From NCBI GenBank assembly GCA_038087875.1, contig CM075988.1, forward strand, positions 4,464,001 to 4,528,000: a stretch of DNA of 64,000 nucleotides, in the 5' to 3' direction. Below, piece by piece: positions 50,620 to 63,642 of this stretch. The notes below the pieces were generated by a model that was given only the letters and a program-made list of their open reading frames with translations, ran no database searches and was not told the origin of the DNA. Each line of letters starts with the position of its first letter. Position 1 is the first letter of the stretch. Position numbers and translations under genes: made by a program. This DNA comes from Malacoraja senta. Taxonomy: Eukaryota.

Positions 50620-51021
50620 TGGTGCCAGCTCAATGGGATACCTGGCGGAAGGGGGGGGGGGGGGGTCAGTGCAACGGGAACCTCAGTCCTCTATAACCGA
50701 AATCCGCCCCATAGAGGTCTGTTATAGCGAGGGTTTACTGTGTAGCCCTTGGTTTCAGCTTCTTCATCCCGTGAAATTCACCTCTCAGTGTATACCTATC
50801 ATTTCCTCTCAGGATCTCGTGTCATCAGTCAGGGTGTTCTGAGAGGACATCTACTCGAAAATAGCCTGGATACATCACGTACACAACAGGCTGAGCAAAT
50901 CCATTTCAATGAGTTGCCACCTTCAGAATCAACCCGAACTCAGCAATAAAGCAGTGGGAAGTTTTGCTGACTGTTCAACCAGCAAATATTCTGCCCGTCC
51001 TGGCCTCCACCGTGTTCTAAA

Positions 51022-51180
51022 ATGTGTAACTGATCCTGTGTAACTCTGCCAGAGTGTAACCCAGCCAGTGTGCAACAGCCAGTGTGCAACTGAGCCAGTG
51101 TGTAACAGAGCCAGTGTGTAACGGCCAGTGTGTAATTGAGCCAGTGTGTCTATCAGAGTGTGACTCTGCCAGTGTAAGAT
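51022..51180. repeat. Degenerate minisatellite (gtgtaactgagccagt-like)
   Basis: Recurrent gccagtgtg(t/c)aac units. Confidence 0.85.
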
Positions 51181-52364
51181 GCTGCTTGTATAACTGTGTA
51201 AACTTTCCCCAACTTCCCTCATTAATGTCTCACACACTCAACTCTGACAGTGATGGTGGAGAACGCTGCCAACTGATTATGCTTCCCAGGTTTGTGAAGA
51301 GATTTGTAGGAGGCATTGCTAGGGTTGCAAAAATGGGAGGATCTTGATCATTTCCATCAATTATTTGGGACTTGATAGATATAACAGTTCATTTTATGAA
51401 TAAATGCTGTCTTCCTGCTGACAGTGAGTGGGTGTTTCTCGAGCATGTAATTATTTTTACAGACACTTGTGCAAAGCTAATTTTAAAGTTGAGTTTAATT
51501 TATTTTTCTTGTTTTGAGAATGTATTTACATTAAATCTCCAGCTTGTCACCCAACCCCCACCCCACAAGGAAGAGAGATTAGAACATAGACCAGAGAACC
51601 ATCAGCATTTATAGCAATACATACATTCAGCCCATCCAGCCTATTCCAATGAAAAAACGATTCAGATCAATCGCACTTCTTCTCACTTGGGTCATTATCC
51701 TGCAGGTTAGGGTGCAGCTTGTAGAGACACTGCCTCACAGTGTTGGAGACACAGGTTCGATCCTGAACTCGGGCGCTGTCTGTGTGGAGTTTGCTCGTTC
51801 TCCCTGTGACCACGTGGGTTTCCTCCGGTTGCTCCATTTTCCTCCCACATCCTAAAGACGTGCAGGGTTGTAGATTGATTGTAAAACTAAATTCCTCCTC
51901 CTAACGTGTAGGCGATGGGTGGGAAAGTATGGATGGGAAAGTGGGATAACATAGAACTAGTGTGAAAGGGTGATCAATGATCGTCTCGATGGGCCGAAGG
52001 GCCCGTTTCTATGCTGTATCTCTAGACTAAAAACTAAAAGCTACCAGGTAGAAACAAAGAACTGCAAATGTTGGTTTACATAATATGACACAAAGTGCTG
52101 GAGTAACTCAGCGGGTCAGGCAGTATCCCTGGAGAACATGAAGAAGGGTCTCGACCCAAAAAGTCACCTATTCATATTTTCCAGAGATGCTGCCTCCTTA
52201 CCTGCTGAGTTACTCCTGTACTTTGTGTCGCTTTGACTAAAAACTCAGAGCTCCCCTAACAAATGAGATGGGTGAAGAGACCGGACTGTAAAGCTTCATT
52301 TAGGTTCCATGGTCTATGAGTCTTCAGCAATGTCGGTGTTTGTTGTGTCAACCCAAGTGTCTTA

Positions 52365-52992
52365 TTTAGTTTAGAGGCCGATTGGCCCACCAAGTCCACA
52401 CCGACCATTGATCACCCGTTCACACTAGTCATCCCACTAGGAGCAATTTACAGAGGTCATTAATTTACAGAGGTCAATTTACAGAGGTCAATTTACAGAG
52501 GTCATTAGTTTACAGAGGTCAATTTACACAATTTACACAATTTACACAATTGATCACCCGTTCACACTAGTCATCCCACTAGGAGCAATTTACAGAGGTC
52601 ATTAATTTACAGAAGTCATTAATTTACAGAGGTCATTAATTTACAGAAGTCATTAATTTACAGAGGTCAATTTACAGAGGTCATTAATTTACAGAGGTCA
52701 ATTTACAGAGGTCATTAGTTTAGAGGCCGATTGGCCCACCAAGTCCACACCGACCATTGATCCCCTGTTCACACTAGTCATCCCACTACATACTAGGAGC
52801 AATTTACAGAGGTCATTAACCTATAAAGCTGCATGCCTTTAGGATGTGGGTGGAAACCGGAGCACCTGGAGAAAACCCATGCGGTCACAGAGAGAACGTG
52901 CAAACCCCACACAGACAGCACCCGAGGTTAGGATTGAAACCAGGTCCCTGGCTCTGTGAGGCAGCAGCTCTACTGCTGCACCACTGTGCCGC
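52365..52992 (-). repeat. HE1 SINE with internal tandem expansion (aatttacagaggtc[att])n and duplicated tail
   Basis: Blocks ttgatcacccgttcacactagtcatcccacta at ~52408, 52550, 52757. Confidence 0.9.
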
Positions 52993-53007
52993 CCCTGTGC
53001 TTGTAAA

Positions 53008-53800
53008 TGTGGCGGTGGTGAACTGCCTTCTTAAACCACTGCAGTGAAGGTACCTGCACAGCACAGCTGAGTGGGGAGATCCAGGATTTAGCAATGATCA
53101 GGGAACACCATCAATTTCTGTCAATGACCTGGACGGAGCCTTCAATGGAGGTAATGGTAAATGACCTAGATGGCCTTCAATGGTGGTGTTCCCACACTTG
53201 TGATGACATTGTCCTTCTTGGAGAACTAAGAGGAAAGAACAAAGCACCGTACAGCAGAGGACCAGGCCCTTCAGCCCACAATGTCTATGCCAAACATGTT
53301 ATCAAGATACACTAATCCGTATCACTCCATTCCTTGCACATTCTGTTCCTATCTATAAACCTCACAATCTAAAGTCTCGATGGTATCTGTCTTCACCTCC
53401 CCCACTGGCAGTGTGTAGAGGTTGCTCTGTCTTCACCTCCCCCACTGGCAGTGTGTAGAGGTTGCTCTGTCTTCACCTCCTCCACTGGCAGTGTGTAGAG
53501 GTTGCTCTGTCTTCACCTCCCCCACTGGCAGTGTGTAGAGGTTGCATGTTTGGAAAGTGCTGTTGGAGTCACCAAGGCAGATAACTGCAGAGCAATCAGT
53601 TGACAGCCCAATCTAGAACCAGCGTGCATTGGTGGATGTTTAAGGGGATTGAATGGGTACCATCCCATGGGATGGTTTGTTTGGGCTTTGGGTATCAGGA
53701 GGTGAATCACATGCCACAGGCTACTCAGGTCTACACCGTTTTGTAGCCACAGTATTCAATGCTCCATAGCAACCTCCCAGCGTGTTGATGGAGAGCAATG
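53008..53800 (-). mobile_element. Highly decayed CR1-clade LINE 3' region, interrupted
   Basis: Minus strand LQWFKKAVHH C-terminus at 53015-53045. Confidence 0.5.
53386..53545. repeat. 40-bp tandem repeat, 4 near-identical copies
   Basis: Unit tctgtcttcacctcccccactggcagtgtgtagaggttgc. Confidence 0.97.
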
Positions 53801-54763
53801 TTGAAACGTTCATAAATTCTAGGAGCAGAATTAAACCATTCGGCCCATCAAGTCTACTCCGCCATTCAATCATGGTTGTTCTTTCAATCTCTCTCAACCC
53901 CATTCTCCTGGCTTCTCCCAATAACCCCTGACATTCGTACTAATCAAGAATCTGTCAATCTCCGCCTTAAAAATATCCATTGACTTGGCCTCCACAGCCG
54001 TCAGTGGCAGTGAATCCCACAGATTCACCACCTTCTAACTAAATTAATTCCTCCTCATCTTCATAAAGGAACGTCCTGAGGTGTTGCTTTGGAACCCTTC
54101 AACAGACTGAAAACTGGAGTCTGAAGAAGGGTTCTGGCCCTAAACGTCACCTATTCCTTCTCTCCAGAGATGCTGCCTGTCCCGCTGAGTTACTCCAGCT
54201 TTTTTCGTCTATCTTCGGTCTAAACCAGCATCTGCAGTCCCTTCCTACAAGCAAAGTCCCCAGTGTTTTACTGTAACAATAATACTTCAGCCGGGCAGTG
54301 TCATGTCTAGTCTGGTCTAGCTCTGAGTTTTTAATCCGGTAAGTCTAGTCTGCAGCCTCCCCGATCCATCTGATTCATCGTGGAACGTCTTGACCAGACA
54401 ATACACGTATCTCTGGCTAGTGCCTGATGAGTCTTTTATCCCACTCTGGTGTGATTTCCCTGCTCTTATAGTCCCTGTCCGTGCCAATAAGGCAGAGTAA
54501 TGCAAGTGTCCTGCTGTGTGGCCTATGTCAAAACCACTGCGCTTCCTGCTGGTTGCCCCCGGGGATGGTGGGTGACTGGTTCTCTGTCCTCGCCTCACTC
54601 TCTGTCCTGGCTCACTGTCCTCTCCTCTGTGTACCGGGGTGGCCCACAGATTCCATCACACAGTGTGTCACAGGCAGCACACACGGTCACTCACAGAATA
54701 TAGACACAAAATGCCGGAGTAACTCAGCAGGACAGGCAGCATTTCTGGAGAGAAGGAATGGGT

Positions 54764-54791
54764 GACGTTTCGGGTTGAGACCCTTCTTCAG
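54764..54791 (-). ncRNA. Minimal hammerhead ribozyme core in a Penelope tail
   Basis: Minus strand CUGAAGA-A-GGGU(CUCA)ACCC-GAAA-CG-UC. Confidence 0.7.
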
Positions 54792-55039
54792 ACACAGACT
54801 CAGTCTCAGAGTCACAGAGTCATAGAGTGATACAGGGTGGAAACTGGCCCTTCGGCCCTACTTGCCCACACCGGCCAACATGTCCCAGCTACACTAGTCC
54901 CACCTGCCAGCGATGGTCTGTATCCCTCCAAACCTGTCCTATCCATGTACCTGTTTAATTGTTTCTTAAATGTTGGGATAGTCCCTGCCTCAACTACCTC
55001 CTCTGGCAGCTTGTTCCATACACCCACCACCCTTTGTGT

Positions 55040-55670
55040 GAGTCGGCCACAGTCTCTGTCACTGGGTCCATCACAGAGCTAGTCACAGAGTCAGTCACAG
55101 TCACAGACCCAGTCACACAGTCACACGGGCAATCACAGACAGTCACAGACAGTCACAGATTATGTCACAGACTCTGTCGCTGTGTCCGTGACAGGCAGCT
55201 GCAGAGGATGTTACAAAGTCTGTCACAGGGCGTGTCACCAGGTGTGTCCCCAGATCTGTCACCGGCTGTGTCCCAGGGTCTGTATCAGGGGGTTGTGGGT
55301 TCCATCACAGATATGTCACAGGCGGTTACAGGGTCTATGATAGTCACAGGCTGCCCACAGGGTTCATCACAGACGGCCATAGTTCCCATCACACTGTGTG
55401 TCAACTGTCTGCCACAGGCGGCCACAGAGGCTGGTACAGGCGGCCCACACACTGTGTCACAGGTAGGGCAGGAATTGTGGGGTGAGCAGGTCATGCAGGA
55501 GGTCTCATGGCCTTTCCACAACTTCTGTGTGCATCTGGCAAATGGATGAGGTTCTCAGCACCATCCTGCCTGTTGCTACCTCATATCCAGCCTGTTGCTA
55601 CCTCATAACCTGCCTGTTGCTACCTCATAACCTGCCTGTTGCGACCTCATATCCAGCCTGTTGCTACCTC
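55040..55670. repeat. Low-complexity gtcaca(g)-rich tract plus 20-21-bp tandem (cctgttgctacctcata) at 55566-55670
   Basis: Visible directly. Confidence 0.8.
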
Positions 55671-55679
55671 ACTTTGACC

Positions 55680-56078
55680 CAAAGATCCTATGGCGAGCAA
55701 GATAGTCTACTCGACGAAAAAGACGTGGTACGGTCATGGGCAGATTCACGGGTAATTTACAGGCCCCATTTCCGTAACCGGCTTCCGTCTCCGCACCAAA
55801 GATCCCATAGGATAATAGTGCGGAGATCGGAAGCCGGTTACGGAAACATCATCGTAAAAATAAAAGTTATTTGGTAAAAATCTTCTCATTTTCCGAATTT
55901 TAATTTATTAACACAAACTGTTCCCCCACAACGTTGATTACACTGCGAGTCGGGTCGGGTCGGGTCCGGTTACGGAAATGGATGAAAAAAAGGCCCTCGT
56001 TCCGTTCCCTTGCGTACTACACGTCAGCCCATTGCATTTAGCAGGAGTGGTCCATCTTGCTCCGCTATAGGATCTTTG
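55680..56078. mobile_element. hAT-type MITE
   Basis: TIR caaagatcctatggcgagcaaga/tcttgctccgctataggatctttg; 8-bp TSD ctttgacc (55672-55679) vs ctttgaac (56079-56086). Confidence 0.88.
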
Positions 56079-56104
56079 CTTTGAACAACCGTGAGTTGAG
56101 CATT

Positions 56105-56416
56105 TTTAGTTTAATTTAGTTTAGAGATACAGCGTGAAAACAGCCCCTGTGGCCCACCAGGTCCGCACCGACCAGCGATCCCCGCACATTAACACTATCC
56201 TACACACACTGGGGACAATTTACATTTATACCAAGCCAATTAACCTACAAACCTGTACGTCTATGAAGTGTGGAAGGAAACCGAAGATCTCGTAGAAAAC
56301 CCAGGCGGGTCACAGGGAGAACGTACAAACTCCTGACAGAGAGCACCCGTAGTCAGGATTGAACCCACATCTCTAGCGTTGTAAGGCAGTAGCTCCACTG
56401 CTGCGCCACCATGCCA
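56105..56416 (-). mobile_element. HE1-type SINE
   Basis: Family consensus. Confidence 0.9.
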
Positions 56417-56933
56417 CCATTCTCTGAGATCAGTGGGGATCTAATGGTTTCTAAGGAGGCTTTGAGACCACCAATAATTTTTCTCTTCTTCTATCCACCG
56501 CTATTCTCTGGCTGTGATGGACCTCGGAGTTGAGTGTTTGTTTTGGGAGTCTCGTGTTGAACATGCAAACTAAGGTGGGCCACCGCTGGAGCGGAGCGAG
56601 TCAAAGGCCTCCGCGTGGAGGAAAGCAGACGCCTTTTAACAACCTAAGCCCACCTTAGCCTGAGAGAGTACATGACGTTGCTGCACGTATCTTCACAGTG
56701 GATTTGGAGTTCCGTGTAGACATGAGACACAAAATGCTGGAGTAACTCAGCGGGGCAGGCAGCATCTCTGGAAGGAAGGAATGCAGACATTGTCGTTATG
56801 TTTTGTGATTGTGAAGTCCAAATAAAAGGGACGGAGACAGCACTTTCTGCTGTGGTTCACGTTTTAATGGCTTCTGCTCATCACTGCCCTGCTCGCATCA
56901 CGTCAGTATCGAACGCCAAGTGTGTAACACTTA

Positions 56934-57426
56934 AGGGCTGTCCCACTTGGGCGACCTAATTGGCGAGTTTAGAAGAGTTTGAAAAAATGAAATGTTGAAG
57001 ACCTCCTTCGACTATGTAGAAGACTAGCTACGACTAACTTCGAGAAAATTGGACATCGAATAGTGGAGAGTGAAGACTACCTCCTTCGATCTCCCTTCGA
57101 CTATGATGAAGACTATATACGACTACCTTCGACTACCCTCGTTTACATATGACTAACATGCCGACCTACTACGACCTACTACGACTAAACCTACGAGTAA
57201 AAAAAGTATCGATTTTTTCCAAGGCGAGCTTTTTTTACTTGCGGGCATTTTTTAACATATTGAAAAAACCGCCGCGACCACTCTCGAGCATGAAGGAGAG
57301 TTACGAAGACCTACTACGACCTTGTGTCGACCATGCTGCGAGTATGCTGCTGAGCTTGACCATGCTGTGAGTCGAGGGCAAACTTGCCAGAACTCCCGAT
57401 TAGGTCGCCCAAGTGGGACAGGCCCT
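56934..57426. mobile_element. PIF/Harbinger-type MITE
   Basis: TIR ctgtcccacttgggcgacctaat/attaggtcgcccaagtgggacag; TTA TSD at 56931-56933 and 57427-57429; (cgac/ctac) sub-repeats. Confidence 0.9.
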
Positions 57427-58079
57427 TTAATTGGCATGTCATAAAAACATAGCTTCAATATATGATAATACAGTCTGAAGAAGGGTCTCGACCTGAAACA
57501 TCACCTATTTCTTTTCCCCTGAGATGCTGCCTGACCCGCTGAGTTACTCCAGCTTTTTGTGTCTATCTTCGGTTTAAAGCTGCATCTGCAGTTCCTTCTG
57601 ACACATGATAATACAACAATTGTATCCTTTGTAAGTCTGCAGTGCCGTACGGTTTATGATGGAACACACGTCTCTGAAGAAGACAGAAGTTGGAGTTAGA
57701 CATAAAATGCTGGAGTAACTCAGCGGGACAGGCAGCATCTCTGGAGAGAGGGAGTGGGTGACGTTTTGGGTTGATACCCTTCGTCAGACTGAAACGTCAC
57801 CCATTGAGTCTGAAGAAGGGTCTTGATCCAAAACATCACCCATTCCTTCTCTCCATTCCTGTACCCTTTCCAGATTGACGACAGCTTTCCTATAATAGGA
57901 TAACCAAAACTGAACACATTACTCTAATTATGCCTCACCATTGTCGTATGTAACTGTATCTTGATTCCCCAACTTCTATACTCAATATGGTGTACGAGCT
58001 ACAGAGAAAGTGCAGATTATAGCAAAATTACAAAGGCCACACCAAGGTACACTGGAAGATTGGGAATACATTCACGGCA

Positions 58080-58880
58080 TATGTAAGGTTCATTCAAGAC
58101 TCTGATAACAGCAGGCAAGAAGCTGTTCTTGAATCTGGTTATAGTGTAGGGATACGGCACGGAAACAGGTCCTTCGGCCAACTGAAACCACGCTGACCAG
58201 CGATCCCCACACATTAACACTAATCTACACACACACGGGACAATTTACAATAATTACCAAAGCCAATTAACCGGGATGTGAGCAGTTCTTTATAATGTGG
58301 GGTGCTTTCCCGAGGCAGGGTGAAGTGTAGATGGAGTTGATGGTGGGGAGGCTGGTTTTCATGATGGATTCGGCTGCATCCACAACTCTGCAGTGTCTTG
58401 CGGCCTTGGGAAGAGAAGTTGTTATACAGAGCTGTTTCCATGCTGTATGACTCTGTACATTCTGCACTCTGTTTTCTGATTTGGACTACTGGATGTACTT
58501 ACATAAGTTATGACATGACCTAAGGTAGACACAAAATGCTGGAGTAATGCAGCGGACGAGGCAGCATCTCAGGAGAGAAGTACTGGGCGACATTTCGGGT
58601 CGAGACCCTTCTTTAGACTGATGTCAGGGGAGGGGGCGGGATAAAGATGGAATGTTGGTGGAGACAATAAGACTGGTGGGAGAACTGGGAAGGGGATGGA
58701 GAGAGAAAGCTAGGGCTATCTGAAGTTTTCCGCCCATGGTTGGTAGGATGGTTCAGTTGCCCACTAGCAGCAGTTATATGCACTATGACCAGTTTCTCAA
58801 AGCACTTAATGATGGTGGATGCCAGAGCCACCAAAAAGTAGTCCTTAAGGCATGCTACCTTGTTTTTCTTTGGCATAGTT
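58080..58880 (-). mobile_element. Rex1-type LINE fragments interleaved with SINE and Penelope pieces
   Basis: PKKNKVACLKDYFLVALASTIIKCFEKLV (58760-58875); RVVDAAESIMKTSLP..IIKNCSHPG; RFKNSFLPAVIRVLN. Confidence 0.8.
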
Positions 58881-59129
58881 GACCTGGACAGCAGAGAGAG
58901 AGAGTCCCTCTTTAGTTTACATGTCCTTCGGCCTACTGCATCCGCGCCGAACAGCAATCTATGCACATTAACACTATCCTACACACACTAGGGACAATTT
59001 ACACATACACCAAGCCAATTAACATACATACCTGCACGTCATTGGAGTCTCTTCTTTATCAAATTATGCTGCAGGATCCTTTATCTGTTGTGAAAGTTTG
59101 GTCGGAAGGGATTTTATGGTTCACACCTC

Positions 59130-59445
59130 AGAAGTAAGGTGACATCTTCAACACGAAACAGTAACTCTGCCTCGGTACTGCATCCGACAAGCCAGCCTAT
59201 ATTTATGAGCCCATGAATCTGGAATGGAACTTAAACTCACAAGATTCTGACTCAGGGGTAATGGACCATTAACCTGAAATGTTATCTCCATTTCTCTCGA
59301 CAGATTGTGCCTGACCCGCTTCGTTCTTCCAGAACTTTCTGTTTTTTAATTTCAGTTTTCTGGCAGATTTTTTTTTAAAAATCAGTTCTTGAACTCACAA
59401 GCATCTGACTCATAATCAAGAGTGCTATCAAATGAGTCACAGGAG
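59130..59445 (-). mobile_element. Decayed SacSINE/Deu-type SINE head(s)
   Basis: gtactgca..cagcctata..ctggaatggaacttaaactcacaagattctgactcag and ttgaactcacaagcatctgactc..gagtgctatcaaatgagtcac. Confidence 0.5.
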
Positions 59446-59708
59446 GATTTTCAGAAATAATTATCAATCTTAACAGCTAATTATTACATTCAAGATATCT
59501 AACCTTCCTACATATATTCAATGTGGAAACAGCACAATTGTCTTTACAGGGAACCACACAGCACAGATATCTGCTCAACCTCGTCCAAGTTGACTGTGGT
59601 GCCTATGTTGAAACATGTTTGCCGGCATTAGGCCTGTATCTCAGTGCTTTTCCTACCTAATCACCTGCCCAAATTGCTTTTAAAAAGCTTAATTGTACCT
59701 GCCTCTGT

Positions 59709-60013
59709 GTGGCACAGCAGTAGAGTTGCTGCCTTCCAGCGCTGGAGATCCAGGTTCCATCCCGACTATGGGTGCTGTCTGTGTGGAGTTTGTACATTTT
59801 CCCTGTGACCGCGTGCGTTTTCTCCGGGTGCTTTGGTTTTCTCCCAAACTCCAAAGACGTACAGGTTTGTAGGCTGATTAGCTTCGGTAAAATTGTAAAT
59901 TGTCCCCAGTGTGTGGAGGATAGTGTTGGTGTGCGGGGATCGCTGGTTGGCATGGACTTGGTGGGCCGAAGGGCCTGTTTCTGTGCTGTATCTCTAAACT
60001 AAACTAAACTAAA
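59709..60013 (+). mobile_element. HE1-type SINE
   Basis: Full tRNA head to (ctaaa)n tail. Confidence 0.92.
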
Positions 60014-60267
60014 CTTCAGCTTCAGGATGGGAATTTTGCAATAGATGCTCTGTCTCCAAAATATGTTTGCCGAATGCTTCACACCAGATCATCTGGGGCA
60101 GGATTTTTTTTCTGCATTCACATGCAGTGAGATTTTCATCACAAAAAAAATGTGTACTTCAAGATTTCACATAGAGTTGCTGTCTGTTCATTTTTCCTGT
60201 GACCACATGGGTTTTCTCCATTGTTGTAGTGGATGTTGGATGTTTTCCCAACCTGCTTCTTGTAATG

Positions 60268-61345
60268 GCCCACTGACTCCCATGGCTATCTGGACTACAC
60301 TTCTTCCCACCCTGCTTCCTGTAAGGACTCCATCCCCTAGTCCCAATTCCTCCGTCTACGCCACACCAGGGCATTGGAGATGTCCTCATTCTTCAGGGAA
60401 CAGGGGTTTCCCTCTTCTACTATAGATGAGGCTCTCACCAGGGTCTCTTCTATACCCCAGGACTCTGCTCTCACTACCCATTCTCCCCACTTGTAACAAG
60501 GGCAAAGTACAACTTGTCCTCACCTTCCACCCAACCAGCTGTCACATACAACAAATAATCCTCCGACATTTTCGCCACCTCCAACGTGACCCCACCACTT
60601 GCCACATCTTCCCATCTCCTCCCCTGTCTGCTATCCGCAGAGACCACTCCCTCCGTAACTCCCTGGTCAATTCGTCCCTTCCCACCCGAACCACCCCCTC
60701 TCCGGGCACTTTCCCTTGCAACCGCAGGAAATGCTACACTTTTCGCTTTACCTCCCCCTATGACTCCATTCAAGGACCCAAGCAGTCTTTCCAGGTGCGG
60801 CAGAGGTTCACCTGCACCTCCTCCATTTCATCTATTGCATCCGCTGCTCCAGGTGTCAGCTGCTCTACATCGATGAGACCAAGCGTAGGCTTGGCGATCG
60901 CTTCGCCCAACACCTCCGCTTGGTTCGCAATAACCAATCTGATCTCCCGGTGGCTCAACACTTCAACTCCCCCTCCCATTCCGAATCCGACCTTTCTGCC
61001 CTGGGCCTCCTCCATGGCCAGAGTGAGGACCACCGTAAATTGGAGGAGCAGCACCTCATATTCTGCTTGGGCAGTTTGCACCTCAGTGGTATGAACATTG
61101 ACTTCTTTAATTTCAGGTAGTCCTCACTTTCTCCTCCCCTTCTCAGCTCTCCCTCAGCCCACTGTCTCCACCTCTTCCTTTCTTCTTCCCGCCCCCCCCT
61201 CCCACCGTCACTTCAGTCTGAAGTAGTGTCTCGACCCGAAACGTTGCCTATTTCCTTCGCTCCATAGATGCTGCCTCACCCGCTGAGTTTCTCCAGTATT
61301 TTTGTCTACCTTTGATTTTCCAGCATCTGGAGTTCCTTCCTAAAC
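60268..61345 (+). mobile_element. 5'-truncated Penelope-like element, same family as 1426-2503
   Basis: LVLTFHPT..HLQRDPTT..GTFPCNRRKCYT..FQVRQRFTCTS, GIY-YIG remnant, KLEEQHLIFCLG, tail. Confidence 0.92.
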
Positions 61346-61709
61346 CTGAAGAGACATTTATCACTACCCATCCTTAGTTTAGATGAGTTTACTTTAGTTT
61401 AGTTTAGCAGGAGAGGGTACAGAGAAGATTTACCAGGATGTTGCCAGGACTAGAGGGTCTGAGCTACAGGGAGAGGTTGAGCAGGCTGGGACTCTATTCC
61501 TTGGGCTGATGGGCTGAAGGGACTGTTTTCACGCTGTATCACTCTGTGATTCCATGACACTCTCTACGCCACTATGACTAAGCATCTGTCTACCTTTGCT
61601 TGTCTAAAAGACATACTTATCATCACAAAGACAAGTCCATATGCATGTTTTTGTTTAACCAGCCTTTCTGTCACACTGTATCACTCTATGATACTATGAT
61701 GCTAGTAAT

Positions 61710-62690
61710 ACAGAATGGAAACAGGCCCTTCAGCCCATCGTCGAGGCCGCCCATTGATCACCCGCGTATCTATATTATTTCACTTTCTCATCCACTCCCT
61801 ACACACTTGGGGTAATTTACAGAGGCCAATTAACCTACAAACCCGTATGTCTTTGGGATGTGATATGAAACCGAAGCACCCAGAGAAAGCCTATGCGATC
61901 ATTGGGAGAACGTGCAAACTCTACATAGATGGCACCCATAGTCAGGGACCCGGGTCTCTGGTATTGTGAGTCTGCAGCTCTACCAGCTGCGCCACTGTGT
62001 AAAGAGACCTGTTAGGAGCATGATTAAGTTCAGCATTCAGTGTCTCGTCACCAGGATTTTGAGCATTTAATGGGAATTCACTTGTTTCCTGATATTCTTC
62101 CAAACACCCGTTCGACAGCTCTTCCAACACACCCACATTGCCACATCCCTGTCACTTACAGCGATGTGTTCTCTTCACCTAGTTTGTCTCACTTTCACAC
62201 TGAAACTGTCTCCCACATTCTTGCACATTCATTCCCTGATCAACTGTTGTTTTTACATGTTCTTGAAAACTCTAGTTTCTTCAATTAACTATCAGTGATC
62301 CGCGTACAGTACAAGGCCACCTTCTAGGTCCTTCTAAATATTGTCATTTTCTGGCTCAGTGGCACAGTGGTAAAGTTGCCTTACCGCACCAGAAACCTGG
62401 ATTCGATCCTGACTACAGGTGTTGTCTGTATGGAGTTTGTATATTCTCCCCATGACCTCCGTGGATTTGGAAACAGGCCCTTTATCCCACCGAGTCTGGG
62501 CCGACCAGCGATCCCCATACACAAATAGTATCCTACATACTCGGGACAATTTACAATTTTTACCGAAGCTAACTAACCTACAAATATGTATGTCTTTGGT
62601 GTGTGGGAGGAAACCGGAGCACCTGGAGAAAACCCACGTGGTCACGGGGAGAACGTACAAGCTCCATACGCCATTGTGCCACCCACTGTA
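61710..62690. mobile_element. HE1 SINEs (61710-62000 -, inverted pair 62355-62690)
   Basis: Family consensus. Confidence 0.82.
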
Positions 62691-63642
62691 GATGGTGATC
62701 AGCATGGATTCTGGTGGCACCTACAAATTACACCCATCCCACCCCAAATTGGCCTGTCCTTCCTGCAATCTGATCTCCATACATCAACCAAGCTGCATCC
62801 CATGCCAATGTGTTGTCCACAATACTGTGTGCTCTAGCTGGGTCTCATGATCAGTCTGTGTCTGAAGAAGGGTCCCAGCCTGAAAAGTCACCTATCCATG
62901 TTCTCCAGAGATGCTGCTGTCCCACTGAGTAACTCCACTGAGTAACTCCAGCAAATAACTATGGATGCTAACATTCTGATGCAGTGTCGCTGACCTGAGA
63001 TGTTAGTTTCTCCAGCATTTTTGTCGGCCTGAGATGTTAACTCTTTTATCCTCTGCACAATAACTGCAATGGGGTGGAGGTGAATCGGACATCAGTCTGA
63101 AGAAAGGTCTAGACCCGAAATGTCACCCATTTCTTCTATCCAGAGATGCTGCCTGTCCCGCTGATTTACTCCAGCATTTTATGTCTATCTTCGGTTGAAA
63201 CCAGCATCTGCAGTTCCTTCCTACTCATGAATCGGACAGTACTCCAGCTTCTGGACAGACCATTCAGAAGCCTGATAACAGAGGGGAAGTAGCCGTTCTG
63301 GGTCCCTTTCATTTCAGAGAATGTTATTTTTATGTTTTTCCCAATATAATACAATTATCCTTGTTTTTCATTGACATTTACTGGTTTTATATTGAACCTA
63401 GCCTTGTGTTGTGATCATTGTTTCCAAATTATTCTGTTCTCACATCTGTCATCTTCTACATTTTATTCCCCAGATCAACTCGAGCCACATGTGTTTTATT
63501 GCTGTGTAACATCAGAACGTTATTAATGATTCTAATTCTCCAATTTTGTTCTGAATGGTTCGTGAGTTCACTTATGTCCTATCAGTTTGGGTCCCAATCT
63601 TTTCAAAACATAATATTTATGTTCCAACTGATGTGTCTCATC

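Noticed and set aside
50680..50742. Possible Tigger/pogo-like terminus (gttatagcgagggtttactg)
   Set aside because: Only one convincing end and no TA TSD pair; too short to call
50813..50955. Acceptor plus short ORF plus AATAAA resembling a terminal exon
   Set aside because: No homology recognised and no upstream exons; insufficient support
53386..53545. Regular direct repeats resembling CRISPR (also 19432-19617)
   Set aside because: Head-to-tail tandem units with no unique spacers, no cas genes, eukaryotic context
54424..54460. ctgatgag hammerhead-like start
   Set aside because: No stem II closing onto a GAAA downstream
54959..55549. 196-aa Ser/Gln/Val-rich ORF
   Set aside because: Starts in antisense CR1 and continues through a low-complexity gtcaca tract
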